Shown: one piece after another, positions 1 through 10,811 of the stretch
Layout of the letters: every line of letters begins with the position of its first letter
Numbering within the stretch: the stretch's first letter is position 1
From: an uncultured Chloroflexia bacterium
GTDB lineage: Bacteria; Chloroflexota; Limnocylindria; Limnocylindrales; CSP1-4
Direction: 5' to 3'
DNA length: 64,000 nt
NCBI GenBank assembly: GCA_963752475.1
Contig: CAVVYR010000019.1
Location: 64,001 to 128,000 of the forward strand
Position numbers and translations under genes: made by a program
The notes under the pieces: generated by a model
The model's database searches: none
Told to the model about the DNA's origin: nothing
The model's input: the letters and a program-made list of their open reading frames with translations, nothing else

Positions 1-1
1 C

Positions 2-709
2 AAGGACGGCGACTCGCTCAAGCAGCTCTCGCCCATGCGCAAGGCCATCGCCACGCACATGGAGCGCTTCCTCGACGTCCCCGCCGCCTATATCACCATC
101 GAGGTCGACATGACCCCGGTCGTGCAGACGCGCAACGCCGTCAACGCCGACTACAAGTCGCGTGAAGGCATGAACCTCAGCTACGTGGCCTACATGACCA
201 AGGCCTGCGTCGAAGCCCTGCGCAGGTTCCCTGACTTCAACGCCCACTGGACCGATGAGGGCCACTGGCGCCGCAAGGCTGTCAACGTCGGCATCGCCGT
301 AGCGGTCGATGACGGCCTCGTGGTCCCCGTCATCCACAACGCTGAGAGCCTCAGCCTCCACGGCCTCAACGCCGCCATCAACGACCTCGCCTCGCGCGCT
401 CGGGCCAGCAAGCTCACCCCGCAGGACATCCAGGGCGGCACCTTCACCGTCGACAACACCGGCTGGACCGGCAGCATCCTGACGCTGCCGATCATCAACG
501 TGCCCGAAGTGGCCATCATCACGATGGAGAAGATCGTGAAGCGGCCGGTCGTGCTCGAGGACCAGGGTGACGCCATCGCCGTGCGTTCGATGATGAACAT
601 GTGCATCGCCATCGACCACCGCGCCAACGACGGCGCCCAGGCCGGCGCCTTCCTCCAGGAAGTCCAGGGCTGGCTCGAGTCGGTCACCCCCGAAACCCCC
701 ATCTGGTAG
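2..709 (+). CDS. 2-oxo-acid dehydrogenase E2 dihydrolipoamide acyltransferase, C-terminal catalytic domain (5' partial)
   Basis: Frame open from the window edge; GGTFTVDN, PIINVPEVAI and catalytic DHRANDG motifs. Confidence 0.93.
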   Translation, partial: KDGDSLKQLSPMRKAIATHMERFLDVPAAYITIEVDMTPVVQTRNAVNADYKSREGMNLSYVAYMTKACVEALRRFPDFNAHWTDEGHWRRKAVNVGIAVAVDDGLVVPVIHNAESLSLHGLNAAINDLASRARASKLTPQDIQGGTFTVDNTGWTGSILTLPIINVPEVAIITMEKIVKRPVVLEDQGDAIAVRSMMNMCIAIDHRANDGAQAGAFLQEVQGWLESVTPETPIW

Positions 710-712
710 GAC

Positions 713-1783
713 ATGGCCAAGCAACTCCCCATGCTCGACGCCACCGCCGCAGCCGGCGGTGGCTGTCACTCACACGGTTCGCCCGAGCTCTCTCAGCCGC
801 TGAGCATCGCCATGGGCGGATCGATCGATGCCACCGCCGCTCGCACCGGTCCCGACCGCCAGCGACATCCCGATTGGATCAAGGCCAAGCTGCCCACCGG
901 CGCCAACTACACCGAGCTCAAGAGCCTCGTGAAGGGCCAGACCCTCAACACCGTCTGTGAGGAGGCCATGTGCCCCAACATCGGTGAGTGCTGGGAGGAG
1001 CGCACGGCCACGGTCATGATCCTCGGCGACACCTGCACCCGCGCCTGCGGCTTCTGCGCCGTCAAGACCGGCCGACCCGAGTGGTTCGATGACGACGAGC
1101 CGCGCCGCGTGGCAGAAGCCGTGGCGGTCATGGGCCTCGAGCACTGCGTCGTCACCAGTGTCTGCCGCGACGATCTGCCCGACGGCGGCGCCAGCGTCTT
1201 CGCCGACACCATCCGCGAGATGCGCATCCACGCTCCCGGCATGGGCGTCGAGGTCCTCATCCCCGACTACCTCGACAGCGACTTGCGCACGGTCATGGAA
1301 GCTGCGCCGGACATCCTCAACCACAACGTGGAGACCGTTGAGCGACTCCAGAAACCGGTCCGCAAGCGTGCCAAGTACGACCGCTCGCTGCAGGTCCTGG
1401 CCGATGCGAAGGCCATGGCTCGCGACATCGCCGCACGCCCCGGGACCGTGCACACCAAGTCGAGCATCATGGTCGGCCTGGGTGAGACACGCGAGGAGCT
1501 GAGCCAGACGTTCCGCGACCTGCGCGACGTCGACTGCGACATCCTCACGCTGGGCCAGTACCTGCGACCGTCGGCCAAGCACCTGCCGGTGGAGCGCTAC
1601 GTCCACCCTGACGAGTTCGAGGAGATGAAGCGGGAGGGCCTCGAGCTCGGCTTCAAGCACGTCGAGTCAGGCCCGCTGGTCCGCTCCAGCTACCACGCTC
1701 GCGACCAGGTGCCCGAGGCGGCCAAGCGGGCCCGAACCTCCCGCGCCGCCGCTCTCGTCGCCAACGGCCTGACCGCCAACTAG
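713..1783 (+). CDS. lipA: Lipoyl synthase
   Basis: [12 protein letters not shown], radical [11 protein letters not shown] and C-terminal RSSY motifs; follows the E2 gene. Confidence 0.97.
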   Translation: MAKQLPMLDATAAAGGGCHSHGSPELSQPLSIAMGGSIDATAARTGPDRQRHPDWIKAKLPTGANYTELKSLVKGQTLNTVCEEAMCPNIGECWEERTATVMILGDTCTRACGFCAVKTGRPEWFDDDEPRRVAEAVAVMGLEHCVVTSVCRDDLPDGGASVFADTIREMRIHAPGMGVEVLIPDYLDSDLRTVMEAAPDILNHNVETVERLQKPVRKRAKYDRSLQVLADAKAMARDIAARPGTVHTKSSIMVGLGETREELSQTFRDLRDVDCDILTLGQYLRPSAKHLPVERYVHPDEFEEMKREGLELGFKHVESGPLVRSSYHARDQVPEAAKRARTSRAAALVANGLTAN

Positions 1784-1795
1784 CCGGCAAGCCCG

Positions 1796-2314
1796 ATGCG
1801 CGAGACGGCCGAGGACCTGGCCCGACTGCAGGCGCTCCTCGATCGCAGCTATGAGGCAGCCGGCCCTCATCTGCGCGAGGTCATCACGCCCGAGCGACGC
1901 CTGACGGCCGAGCAGCTGGTGGGGCGCCTCGACGGCATGTGCCTGCTCGCGCTGGCCACGGTCACGTCCGACGGCCGGCCCATCAACGGCCCCGTCGACG
2001 GCTTCTTCTACCGCGGCACGTGGTACTTCGGCAGCAGCCACGAGTCGCTGCGCTTCCGGCACATCCGACAGCGGCCGCAGGTCAGCGCGACCTACCTGCC
2101 GGGCGAGGAGATCAGCGTCACCACCCACGGCCGCGCCATCGAGATCGAGGCGCGCACGCACGATGACGGTGGCTTCGCCGAGGTCGTCGTCGGCTACTAC
2201 GGCGCGCGTTTCGACGGGGCCGAGGCCATGCTCGAGAGCGCAGCCTATGCCCGCATCGAAGCCGAGCGCATGTTCACCTTCCACCTGGACCCAGCCGAGG
2301 CAGCCGAGATCTAG
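1796..2314 (+). CDS. Pyridoxamine 5'-phosphate oxidase-like FMN/F420-binding split-barrel protein
   Basis: LATVTSDGRP and RFRHIRQRPQVS patterns typical of the PNPOx-like family. Confidence 0.75.
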   Translation: MRETAEDLARLQALLDRSYEAAGPHLREVITPERRLTAEQLVGRLDGMCLLALATVTSDGRPINGPVDGFFYRGTWYFGSSHESLRFRHIRQRPQVSATYLPGEEISVTTHGRAIEIEARTHDDGGFAEVVVGYYGARFDGAEAMLESAAYARIEAERMFTFHLDPAEAAEI

Positions 2315-2427
2315 GCCCTGCGCTTCCGGCCGACAGGCAGCTCCTGCGACCCATGAGGCGGCTGCGGAAGGTCAAGTTTCCCGAGCGTTCGTGACACCCA
2401 GCCACGCGTCGTCTAAGGTCCCGGGTC

Positions 2428-3267
2428 ATGCGTACCGAACGACCGGCGGCGCTCAGCGCCTCGAGCGCCCCCGATGATCGCTTGTGGCTTCGTGCCGTCG
2501 TGGCCGCGGTGGTCCTGCTCCTCGCTGTGTCGGCGGGCCCGGCAGCCGGCGCCTCGCGCGAGGACGACTCCATGCTCGGTGACGGCTCGAGGCCGCACGG
2601 TCGACAGGCGGCCAAGCCTTTCAAGATCAACCTGTTCCAGAAGGGTCACTTCGTAAGCCAGAAGACGACGTTCTGGTGCATCCCGGCCTCCACGCAGATG
2701 ATGATGAACATGATGGACGGCGGTCGACCCGACCGGACACGAGCCCTGCAGGCGCGCCTCTACCGCATCGGTGACCGACTCGAGGAGGACGGCACGGTCA
2801 GCCCTGACCCCGAGCCGGACCGCTGGCGTGGGATGGGCATCTCCGAATGGGCGGGGTTGCTCAACCGACACGACTACGGGCCCTACGAGCTCGTCGGCGC
2901 CAAGTCCTACCAGAAGGCGCTCAAGAAGGCCGCACGCATGATGCGCAAGACCGGCAAGCCGGTTGGCCTGGTGGTGTGGCGTGGTGCCCACGCGTGGGTG
3001 ATGTCCGGCTTCGCTGCTACCGCCGACCCCGCGCTCACGAACGACTTCAACGTCACCGAGGTCTGGGTGCAGGACCCCTGGTACCCGCGCACCAGCTCTG
3101 TCTGGGGCCGATCGCGCGGGCCCAACGCGAAGCTCACCCCGAAGGTCCTGCGCCAGGACTTCAAGCGCTATGGCCGGCCGGGCCGCCGGAACCCCGAGCG
3201 TGACGGCCGCTTCATGCTCGTCCTGCCCAGGCCGGACCGAGCATCGGACGCCGCGGCCCAGCTGTAG
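2428..3267 (+). CDS. Secreted protein, putative C39-like (papain-fold) cysteine peptidase
   Basis: Signal-like hydrophobic N-terminus; Q...WCIPAS, GAHAWVMSG and VQDPW resemble a Cys-His-Asp arrangement. Confidence 0.55.
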   Translation: MRTERPAALSASSAPDDRLWLRAVVAAVVLLLAVSAGPAAGASREDDSMLGDGSRPHGRQAAKPFKINLFQKGHFVSQKTTFWCIPASTQMMMNMMDGGRPDRTRALQARLYRIGDRLEEDGTVSPDPEPDRWRGMGISEWAGLLNRHDYGPYELVGAKSYQKALKKAARMMRKTGKPVGLVVWRGAHAWVMSGFAATADPALTNDFNVTEVWVQDPWYPRTSSVWGRSRGPNAKLTPKVLRQDFKRYGRPGRRNPERDGRFMLVLPRPDRASDAAAQL

Positions 3268-3277
3268 CTCACCGAGC

Positions 3278-4255
3278 TCAGCTCTGTCTCTGCCTCCCGA
3301 TCCCCAGCTCTTTGAGCGCAGTCCCTGACGCCGGCTCTCCTCGATGCCACCGGATCGCGAGCGCCGTGGCGCCGGCTTCGCCACTCGCCGCCTCGGCGAA
3401 CCTCGTCGCCGGCCAGTGAGCCTTCAGTCGTGAGCGCACACGGTCATCGATGGACGGCGCGTTGAGGAGCACCGAACCACCGAGCACCACCACCGGCGGT
3501 GGCGTGGGACCCGCCGCGGCGATCGCCGTCCCGACGAGATGGCCAGCCGCGGCCTCGACCACCGCACGTGCGACCGCATCGCCCGATTCTGCGCAGCCGA
3601 CGACCAGTGGTGCCAGTCGGCCCAGCGCAGCGGGAGCACCTCCGTAGACCGCGTCGGTCACGGCCGTGGCGACGTCCAGCGTCTCGGCCCCGTCGATGCC
3701 CAGCGCACGGGGAACCTCGTCGAGCAGGGTCGTCGCGGGACCACGCGCATCGATGGCGAGTAGTGCCGCGCGTACGCCCTCGATCCCCAGCCACACGGCC
3801 GAGCCCTCGTCGCCCACGAGCCAGCCTCGCCCACCCGCTCGTCGGACCAGCTCGCCGTCATCCACCAGGGCTGCCACCGCGCCCGTGCCGGCAGCCAGGA
3901 CGAGGCCACACGGTGCGGCCGTGCCCGCCGCGTAGGCTGCGACCACGTCGAGGATGATCCGCGGCTCGACCGGGATCCCGAGATCGTGCCACGCTCGGAT
4001 CACGGCGGCTGCCTGCTCGGGCACGCTCGACACGCCCCCCGCGACGGCGATGACGGCTCCGGCTACCGACGCCGGGTCGCGCGAGCCCAGCGCTTCTGCA
4101 GCAGCCGACGAGATGGCCTGCGCCGGAGACGTCCCGCTCGACCAGACATTGGCGCCGGCGGCCTGACCCCGACCAACGACCTCGCCCGAGGCCGTGGCCA
4201 GGAGTGCACGCGTTCTCGTCCCGCCCGCGTCCAGGCCCATGAAAACCGTTGACAT
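3278..4255 (-). CDS. BadF/BadG/BcrA/BcrD-type N-acetylglucosamine/N-acetylmuramic acid kinase
   Basis: GLDAGGTRT, AGTGA and GGRGWLVGDEGSAVWLG motifs; divergent from murR-murQ; start set at ATG 4255. Confidence 0.85.
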   Translation of the reverse strand: MSTVFMGLDAGGTRTRALLATASGEVVGRGQAAGANVWSSGTSPAQAISSAAAEALGSRDPASVAGAVIAVAGGVSSVPEQAAAVIRAWHDLGIPVEPRIILDVVAAYAAGTAAPCGLVLAAGTGAVAALVDDGELVRRAGGRGWLVGDEGSAVWLGIEGVRAALLAIDARGPATTLLDEVPRALGIDGAETLDVATAVTDAVYGGAPAALGRLAPLVVGCAESGDAVARAVVEAAAGHLVGTAIAAAGPTPPPVVVLGGSVLLNAPSIDDRVRSRLKAHWPATRFAEAASGEAGATALAIRWHRGEPASGTALKELGIGRQRQS

Positions 4256-4368
4256 CTTGGAAGCCAAGCCTGTAAGTTCCTTTCGTCGATGCCTGATCGT
4301 AGCAGCGGGCTCGCTACCGGGACCGCGAACGTACACGCTGCCGATACACCGCGACGAGGGGACTTGCG

Positions 4369-5280
4369 GTGACGGCGACCCCGCGCCCCGCCGAGCATAT
4401 CGAGCTAGGCGCCAACCCGATGACTGCGCTGCGCTCGATCCTGCCCTCGCTGCCGCCGGCCGAGAAGCGCGTGGCGGAGGGCATCCTGGCCCAGCCTGAG
4501 GACATCGTCTTCCTCAGCATCGGCGACCTGGCCGTGCGCGCCTCCACCTCCGAGGCCACGGTCGTGCGTCTGTGCCAGCGCGCGGGTTTCGCGGGCTATC
4601 CGGAGCTGCGCCTGGCACTGGCCACGCAGGTCGGCCGCAGCGCCGCCACCCGTCCGGCGCGCATCGTGGGCACGGATATCGCTGCCGATGACCCGCTCGC
4701 CGACATCGTGGCCAAGGTCGGCGTGGCCGACGGTGCGGCTATCCATGACACCGTCGAGCAGCTCGACGTCGATGTGCTGGCCCGGGTCACGCAGGGTATC
4801 GCCGATGCCCGTCGGATCGAGATCTTCGGCATCGGCGCCTCCGGCCTCGTGGCCCTCGACCTCGAGCACAAGCTGCGCCGCATCGGGCTGCCGGCAGCGG
4901 CCTCGGTCGACGGTCACCTTGCCCTGACCACCGCGGCCGTGCTCACCGCCGATGACCTCGCCATCGGTATCAGCCACAGCGGCAAGACGCTCGACGTGAT
5001 CGACCCGATCAGCGTGGCTCGTGCGCGCGGTGCCACCACGGTGGCCATCACCAACTTCGCCCGCTCGTCGTTGGCCAGGGCCGCCGACCTGCTGCTCACG
5101 ACCGCGGCTCACGAGTCGCTCTTCCGCGCTGGCGCCATGGCCAGTCGCACCGCCCAGCTGACGGTCATCGACTGCATCTACCTGGCCGTCGCCCAGCGCG
5201 ACTACGAGGAGACCGTACTCGCGCTCGACCGTACCTCCTCGGCCCTGCAGAGCCGCCGCTCCGGGGGAGCCGCTCGATGA
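4369..5280 (+). CDS. MurR/RpiR-family transcriptional regulator (HTH-SIS)
   Basis: SEATVVRLCQRAGFAGY HTH; FGIGASG and ISHSG SIS motifs; upstream of murQ. Confidence 0.92.
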   Translation: MTATPRPAEHIELGANPMTALRSILPSLPPAEKRVAEGILAQPEDIVFLSIGDLAVRASTSEATVVRLCQRAGFAGYPELRLALATQVGRSAATRPARIVGTDIAADDPLADIVAKVGVADGAAIHDTVEQLDVDVLARVTQGIADARRIEIFGIGASGLVALDLEHKLRRIGLPAAASVDGHLALTTAAVLTADDLAIGISHSGKTLDVIDPISVARARGATTVAITNFARSSLARAADLLLTTAAHESLFRAGAMASRTAQLTVIDCIYLAVAQRDYEETVLALDRTSSALQSRRSGGAAR

Positions 5281-6239
5281 CGCGAGCCCGGGACGCAGTC
5301 CGCGTCATCAGCCCCACGGAGGGCCGCAACCCCCGCACGCTGGAGATCGACACGCTACCGACCCTCGAGGTCCTGCGGCTGCTCAACGGCGAGGACGCCC
5401 GCGTGGCACCGGCCGTGCGTAAGGCCCTGCCGCAGCTGGCGGTCGCGATCGACGCTGCCGTGGAGCGATACCGGGCCGGCGGCACGATCCACTACTTCGG
5501 TGCTGGGACGTCCGGCCGGCTGGCCACGCTCGATGTCTCCGAGCTGCCACCCACCTTCTCGGCCGATCGGGACCGCACCGTGGCCCACCAGGCCGGTGGC
5601 CCGTATGCGCTGCGGTACTCGGTGGAGGGTGTCGAGGACGACTTCGATGCCGGGAAGCAGGAGGCTGCCGTGGTGACCGCGGCGGACGTGGCCGTGGGTG
5701 TGGCCGCCAGCGGGCGCACGCCGTGGGTGCTGGGAGCCCTGAGCGCGGCGCACGACGCCGGTGCCTACACCATGATGATCAGCTCGGCGCCACGGGGTCC
5801 TGTCACGGACTTCGTCGACGCATACATCCACGTCGACACCGGCCCGGAGGCCATCGCCGGCTCCACGCGCATGAAGGCCGGCACGGCCCAGAAGCTCGTG
5901 CTCAACGGTCTCTCGACGGCCCTGATGATCCGCCTCGGCAAGACCTACTCGAACCTCATGGTCGACGTGGCGCCCAGCAACGCCAAGCTCCGCGGCCGCG
6001 TGTTGGTGATCCTCGAGGAGGCCACCGGCGCCAGCGAGGCGGAGTGCCAGCGAGCGCTCGACGCGGCCGCCGGTGAGACCAAGACCGCCATGGTGTCCCT
6101 TCTCGCGGACACCGACCCATCCACGGCCCGGGCCGCGCTCGGGGCTTCAAACCACCGGGTGCGAGAGGCTCTCGCCGCCCTCGGTGGTTCACCCGACGTA
6201 TCCGTCGCCCCGATCGATGAGGTGCCTATGGAGGGTTGA
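5277..6239 (+). CDS. murQ: N-acetylmuramic acid 6-phosphate etherase
   Basis: TEGRNP, GAGTSGRL, GPEAIAGSTRMKAGTAQKLVLN and NLMVDV...NAKL motifs. Confidence 0.96.
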   Translation: MTRARDAVRVISPTEGRNPRTLEIDTLPTLEVLRLLNGEDARVAPAVRKALPQLAVAIDAAVERYRAGGTIHYFGAGTSGRLATLDVSELPPTFSADRDRTVAHQAGGPYALRYSVEGVEDDFDAGKQEAAVVTAADVAVGVAASGRTPWVLGALSAAHDAGAYTMMISSAPRGPVTDFVDAYIHVDTGPEAIAGSTRMKAGTAQKLVLNGLSTALMIRLGKTYSNLMVDVAPSNAKLRGRVLVILEEATGASEAECQRALDAAAGETKTAMVSLLADTDPSTARAALGASNHRVREALAALGGSPDVSVAPIDEVPMEG

Positions 6240-6310
6240 CCGGCACGATCTGCTAGAGCCTGGGACACCAGCACCCACAAGCCCGACCCCCCAAGTATCC
6301 GAGGAGGAAC

Positions 6311-7588
6311 ATGAGCAAGCTCCCGAAGCGAACGATCGCCTCACTGCTGGCCACGATGCTGGCCGTGCCGATGGTGGCGCCCGTTGCGATCGCGCAGGAC
6401 GAGACGACCGCTGACGACGTCACGTTGACCCTGTGGTCCTGGCGCCCAGAGGACGAAGACGCCTACAACACCATCTTCGACGTCTACGAAGAGGCCAACC
6501 CGGGCGTCACGGTCGAGTTCGTGCCGTTCGTCAATACCGACTACAACAACATCCTCAGTACCGGCCTGACCGGCGACGGCGGTCCCGATGTCGCTCAGCT
6601 CCGTGCCTACGGCGGCCTCCAGCCATTGGTGGAGGCCGGCCAGCTGCTGCCGCTCGACGGCGAGGTCGACCTCAGCAACTTCACCGACAACGCGCTCAAG
6701 GCCGCGACCGGCCTCTCCGACGGTCAGGTCTATGGCGTGCCCTTCGCCTACCAGGCCTTCACTGCCTTCTACAACAAGGGCATCTTCGATGAGCTCGGCC
6801 TGTCCGAGCCCGAGACGTGGGACGAGTTCGTGACCGTGCTTGACACGCTCAAGGAGAACGAGATCATCCCCATCTCCACGCCCGGCAAGGACAACTGGAT
6901 GATGGCCATCGTGATGGACGCCATCGGTGCCCCGCGCTACGGCGGCCAGGAGTTCGAGGCCGAGATCCTTAGCGGTGCTACCGACTTCAACGACCCGGAC
7001 TACGTCGCGGCCATCGAGCTGATGCAGTGGCTCCAGGACTACATCCCCGAGGACGTCATCGGCGTCAGCTACGACGATTCCAGGACGCTCTTCCTGACCG
7101 AGCTCGCAGGTGTCTTCATCGGCGGCTCGTTCGAGATCGGCTTCTGGCGTGACAACGGCCCCGACCTCGACCTCGGTGTCTTCCAGGTCCCGGCTCCGCC
7201 CGACTCGCTCGCTCCGGCCAGCGTCGTCGGCTGGATGGACGGCTCCTACGGCGTCAACGCCAACTCGGACAACCCCGAAGAGGCCAAGGCGCTCGTGGAG
7301 TGGATGGGCACGCAGGAGTTCGGCCAGCTCTTCACCGAGAACATCAAGCAGCTCTCGCCGATTCCGGGCACCACACCCGACGACGAGCTGCTGGCCGAGT
7401 TCGGCGAGCTCTTCGCGGCGTCGCCCGTCTCGTACCTGCACCTCGTGAACTTCCGCTACGAGCAGCCTAACGGCGACGCCTTGCTGCGTGACGGCATCGC
7501 CGCCATGTGGCTGGGAGAGATGGAGCCGGCCGAGGTCGCTGCCGACGTGCAGATGGGCCTCGAGCAGTGGTTCACTCCGGGGGAATAG
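6311..7588 (+). CDS. Carbohydrate ABC transporter substrate-binding protein
   Basis: Signal peptide, GAGGAGG RBS, YGVP..FYNK motif; followed by two permeases. Confidence 0.92.
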   Translation: MSKLPKRTIASLLATMLAVPMVAPVAIAQDETTADDVTLTLWSWRPEDEDAYNTIFDVYEEANPGVTVEFVPFVNTDYNNILSTGLTGDGGPDVAQLRAYGGLQPLVEAGQLLPLDGEVDLSNFTDNALKAATGLSDGQVYGVPFAYQAFTAFYNKGIFDELGLSEPETWDEFVTVLDTLKENEIIPISTPGKDNWMMAIVMDAIGAPRYGGQEFEAEILSGATDFNDPDYVAAIELMQWLQDYIPEDVIGVSYDDSRTLFLTELAGVFIGGSFEIGFWRDNGPDLDLGVFQVPAPPDSLAPASVVGWMDGSYGVNANSDNPEEAKALVEWMGTQEFGQLFTENIKQLSPIPGTTPDDELLAEFGELFAASPVSYLHLVNFRYEQPNGDALLRDGIAAMWLGEMEPAEVAADVQMGLEQWFTPGE

Positions 7589-7595
7589 CGAGTAG

Positions 7596-8564
7596 ATGAC
7601 CGCGGGCTCATCTCCCAGGTCCGCCAGGCGCACTCGCCCCACGTCGAACAACGGCGTGGGGCGGGCGGCGCCCCCGTGGCGGACCCGTCTGGTCTTCCTG
7701 GCGCCCGCGTTCCTGCTCTACACCGTCTTCCTCATCTGGCCGCTGATCCAGGCGCTCTTCTTCAGCTTCTTCGAGTGGAAGGGCACGGCCCGCGGCGGCT
7801 TCGCCGGCTTCGACAACTTCGTCGAGCTCTTCACTCGCTTCCCGCTCAACGAGCAGCTTCCGCGGGCCTTCCTGCACAACATCGTCTTCTACGTCGCGAC
7901 GATGGCCATCACCGTCGCCGTGGCGCTGCTCTTCGCGGTCCTGCTCCAGAAGGCGCGTCGGGGGCGGGGGTTCCTGCGCGTGATCTACGTGCTGCCCTAC
8001 ATGATCAGCCCGCTCGTAGTGGGCTACATCTGGTCGCTCATCCTCAACCCCACCTTCGGGCCCGTGAACTCGGTGCTCAAGGATCTGGGGCTCGACGACC
8101 TGGCGCTGCCCTGGCTGGGTGATCCGGCCACCGCCTTCCCCGTGGTCATCATGGTCAACGCCTGGTACTACCTGGGCTTCCCGATGTTGCTGTTCGCGGC
8201 CGGCCTCGCGGCCATCCCCGACGACTACGCCGAGGCGGCCGAGGTCGACGGGGCCAGCTCGTGGCAGACCTTCCGTCACGTCACCTTTCCGCTGCTGACG
8301 CCGGTCTTCGGGACCGTGGCCGTGCTCGTCTTCATCTACTCCTTCAACGTCTTCGGCCTGGTCTGGGCCATGGGCGGCGTGAGTGGCGGTCCCATCGGCT
8401 CGACCGACGTCCTGGGACTGCTCTTCTATCGCACCGCCTTCGACGGAGGCGTCAACGCCTTCGGTACGGCGTCCGCGCTGGCGGTGGTGATGTTCATCGC
8501 CATCTTCGGCGTGTCCATGACCGCGCGCTGGTGGTTCGGCCGGCTCGAGGAGGGACTGGCGTGA
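7596..8564 (+). CDS. Carbohydrate ABC permease (MalF/UgpA-like)
   Basis: Multiple TM helices; EAAEVDGAS EAA loop. Confidence 0.93.
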   Translation: MTAGSSPRSARRTRPTSNNGVGRAAPPWRTRLVFLAPAFLLYTVFLIWPLIQALFFSFFEWKGTARGGFAGFDNFVELFTRFPLNEQLPRAFLHNIVFYVATMAITVAVALLFAVLLQKARRGRGFLRVIYVLPYMISPLVVGYIWSLILNPTFGPVNSVLKDLGLDDLALPWLGDPATAFPVVIMVNAWYYLGFPMLLFAAGLAAIPDDYAEAAEVDGASSWQTFRHVTFPLLTPVFGTVAVLVFIYSFNVFGLVWAMGGVSGGPIGSTDVLGLLFYRTAFDGGVNAFGTASALAVVMFIAIFGVSMTARWWFGRLEEGLA

Positions 8565-9436
8565 CGAGCGCGACCCGGGCCGGCGGTTCGGGTGGCGGCG
8601 GGCCCCGGCGGCGGCGCGTCAACCCCACGGGCGCAGCCATCTCCATCCTGTTGTGGGGCTACGTCTTCATCGTGCTGGCGCCGATGCTGCTCATCCTGCT
8701 CAACTCGATGCGGCCCACGCGGCAGATCTTCCGCGAGCCCATCGGGTTGCCGGAGTCGATCAACCTCGACAGCTACGTGCGGGCCTGGGGCGAGGCCAAC
8801 TTCAGCGAGTACTTCGTCAACTCGGTCGTCATCGTGGTGGCCTCGGTCACGCTCGCCACCGCGGTCTCCGCGCTCGCGGCCTACATCCTGGGCCGCCATA
8901 GCTTCCGCGGCAGCACGGTGCTGGCCATCTTCTTCCTCTCGGGCCTGCTGCTGCCGTTCCGGCTTGCGATCATGCCGCTGTTCCTTCTGCTGCAGGACCT
9001 GGGTCTCGTCGACACGCGCCTGGGCCTGATCCTCGTCTACGCCGCCACCGGCATCCCCTTCAGCGTCTTCATCCTCAGTGCCTACTTCCGGCAGCTGCCC
9101 GTCGACCTGGCCGAGGCGGCCAAGATGGACGGGGCAGGGGAGTACACGATCTTCGGGCGCATCATGCTGCCGCTGGTGCGACCGGCATTGGCGACCGTGG
9201 CGGTGTTCCAGTTCGTTCCGCTGTGGAACGACTTCTTCTTTCCGCTGGTGCTGCTGCGCTCGTCGGAGAAGTGGACGCTGCCGGTGGGCATGACGCGCTT
9301 CTTTGGCGAGTTCCAGACCGACTGGTCGACGCTCTTCGCGGGCATCACCATCACGACGCTGCCCTTGATCGTCGTCTTCCTTCTGGCCACGCGCCAGATC
9401 ATCGCCGGCCTCACCGCCGGCATCGGCAAGCTCTAG
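8561..9436 (+). CDS. Carbohydrate ABC permease (MalG/UgpE-like)
   Basis: EAAKMDGA and WNDFFFPL motifs; GTG start overlaps the upstream stop. Confidence 0.92.
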   Translation: MTSATRAGGSGGGGPRRRRVNPTGAAISILLWGYVFIVLAPMLLILLNSMRPTRQIFREPIGLPESINLDSYVRAWGEANFSEYFVNSVVIVVASVTLATAVSALAAYILGRHSFRGSTVLAIFFLSGLLLPFRLAIMPLFLLLQDLGLVDTRLGLILVYAATGIPFSVFILSAYFRQLPVDLAEAAKMDGAGEYTIFGRIMLPLVRPALATVAVFQFVPLWNDFFFPLVLLRSSEKWTLPVGMTRFFGEFQTDWSTLFAGITITTLPLIVVFLLATRQIIAGLTAGIGKL

Positions 9437-10014
9437 CTCGAGCCGCCCTCCGCGGCCGGGTTCTCGATGGGCGCGCCGATGATCGAGCCCCACTCGGTCC
9501 AGGACCCGTCGTAGTTGCGCACCCGCTCGTAGCCCAGGAGCTCGTGCAGTACGAACCAGCTGTGGCTGGAGCGCTCGCCGATACGGCAGTAGGCCACGAC
9601 GTCCTTCTCGGCCGTGGCGCCCTTGGCCTCGTATTGCGCCCGCAGCTCGTGGGCCAGCCAGTAGGCCCGTCCGCCGTTGATGAGGCTGACCCTGGTGAGT
9701 CCGTGCAGGCCCAGCTGCCAGTAGGCTCAGGCCGCGAACCAGTTGCTGTTGTCGCCGTAGAGCACGATGTGCGTGTCCGGCCCGATGCCCGAGGTGGACA
9801 GCAGCACCGACAGCTCCTCGCGGCTGACGATGTCTCGGCGGATGCCGTCCGATAGCTGCGTTTCCCAGTTCCAGCCGACCGCTCCGGGGATGTGGCCTTG
9901 CGAGTAGGCCTCGGTGTCGACGTCGACCTCCACGAAGCGCACGCCCCGATCGTCGAGGTGCTCCCGCGCCGACTCGGCGCCGACGAGGGCGTTGGGATTG
10001 GCGTAGTCGGACAT
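9433..10014 (-). pseudogene. Thiosulfate sulfurtransferase (tandem rhodanese, CysA/SseA-like), disrupted
   Basis: GHIPGAV N-terminus; in-frame TGA at 9727-9729 (WFAA*AYW); same frame continues to YCRIGERSS and [10 protein letters not shown]; only 193 codons, so a large internal segment appears deleted. Confidence 0.85.
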
Positions 10015-10034
10015 GACTGGCTCCTGGGAGAGAG

Positions 10035-10795
10035 GTTGGTCGGGGCCCGAGCGTAGATCCGAAGCTCGCTGCCGAGACGGTCCCGCACGGCTCGGACCGA
10101 CGTGTTCGAGCCGGTGTCGAGCGTCTGCAGCTTCGACACCCTCGCCATCACGTCCAGCAGATGATCGCTCTTGCCGCAGGAATGCAGCCGTATCGGTCCG
10201 AGCTCCTCGGCCAGCCTGTTCACGAAGGGCACGACGAACCGCTCGTACTCTCGTCGTACATCTTGAGGAACATCTCCTCGCTGTAGAGCTTCATCGAGGT
10301 CGTGACGAAGCCGTGGATGCTGGCGCGACCCGAGCTGTCCCAGAAGAACGGAGGGATGACGGTCAGGTCGGGGTGGGTGCGCCGCGATTCCTCGATCTGC
10401 TCATCGAACGTGCGCACGAAGGGATGGTCCAGCAGCGTGTCGGGATGGGGCAACTCGCTGGGGGAGTCGATGCCTGCCAGCGGCGCCACGTCCGCGAGGT
10501 CGATGTCCTGCGAGTCGTACCACGCCATCTGCGCGCCCAGCGCCACTCCCAGGATGAGATTGGGCTGGATGCCACCGACGAGGACCTGGTCCGGACGCCA
10601 GTGGGCGAGCTGTGCCAGGTTCGACTCGAGGTTGTAGAGCGCGTGCCGCGGGAAGCGCTGGCGCAGGAAGTCGTCGATGGCCATGTCCTGCTCTCGCCGG
10701 AACAGCGGATCCATGTAGTAGCGCTCGGGGAAGGTGAACCCGGCTTCCTCGTTGAGCCAGCCCTTGGAGACGCTAGTGACGATGGCGACAGTCAT
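10035..10795 (-). pseudogene. UroD/MtaA-fold protein, internally deleted and frameshifted
   Basis: N-terminal ORF 10220-10795 plus an out-of-frame C-terminal piece (FVVPFVNRL...RLHSCG...LDTG) with the HxCG motif; 3' boundary approximate. Confidence 0.6.
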
Positions 10796-10811
10796 GGCGC
10801 GGACTCCTCTT

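Noticed and set aside
9727-9729. TGA as selenocysteine or alternative genetic code
   Set aside because: It sits at an expected Trp, not the catalytic Cys, and many genes in the window end normally at TGA.
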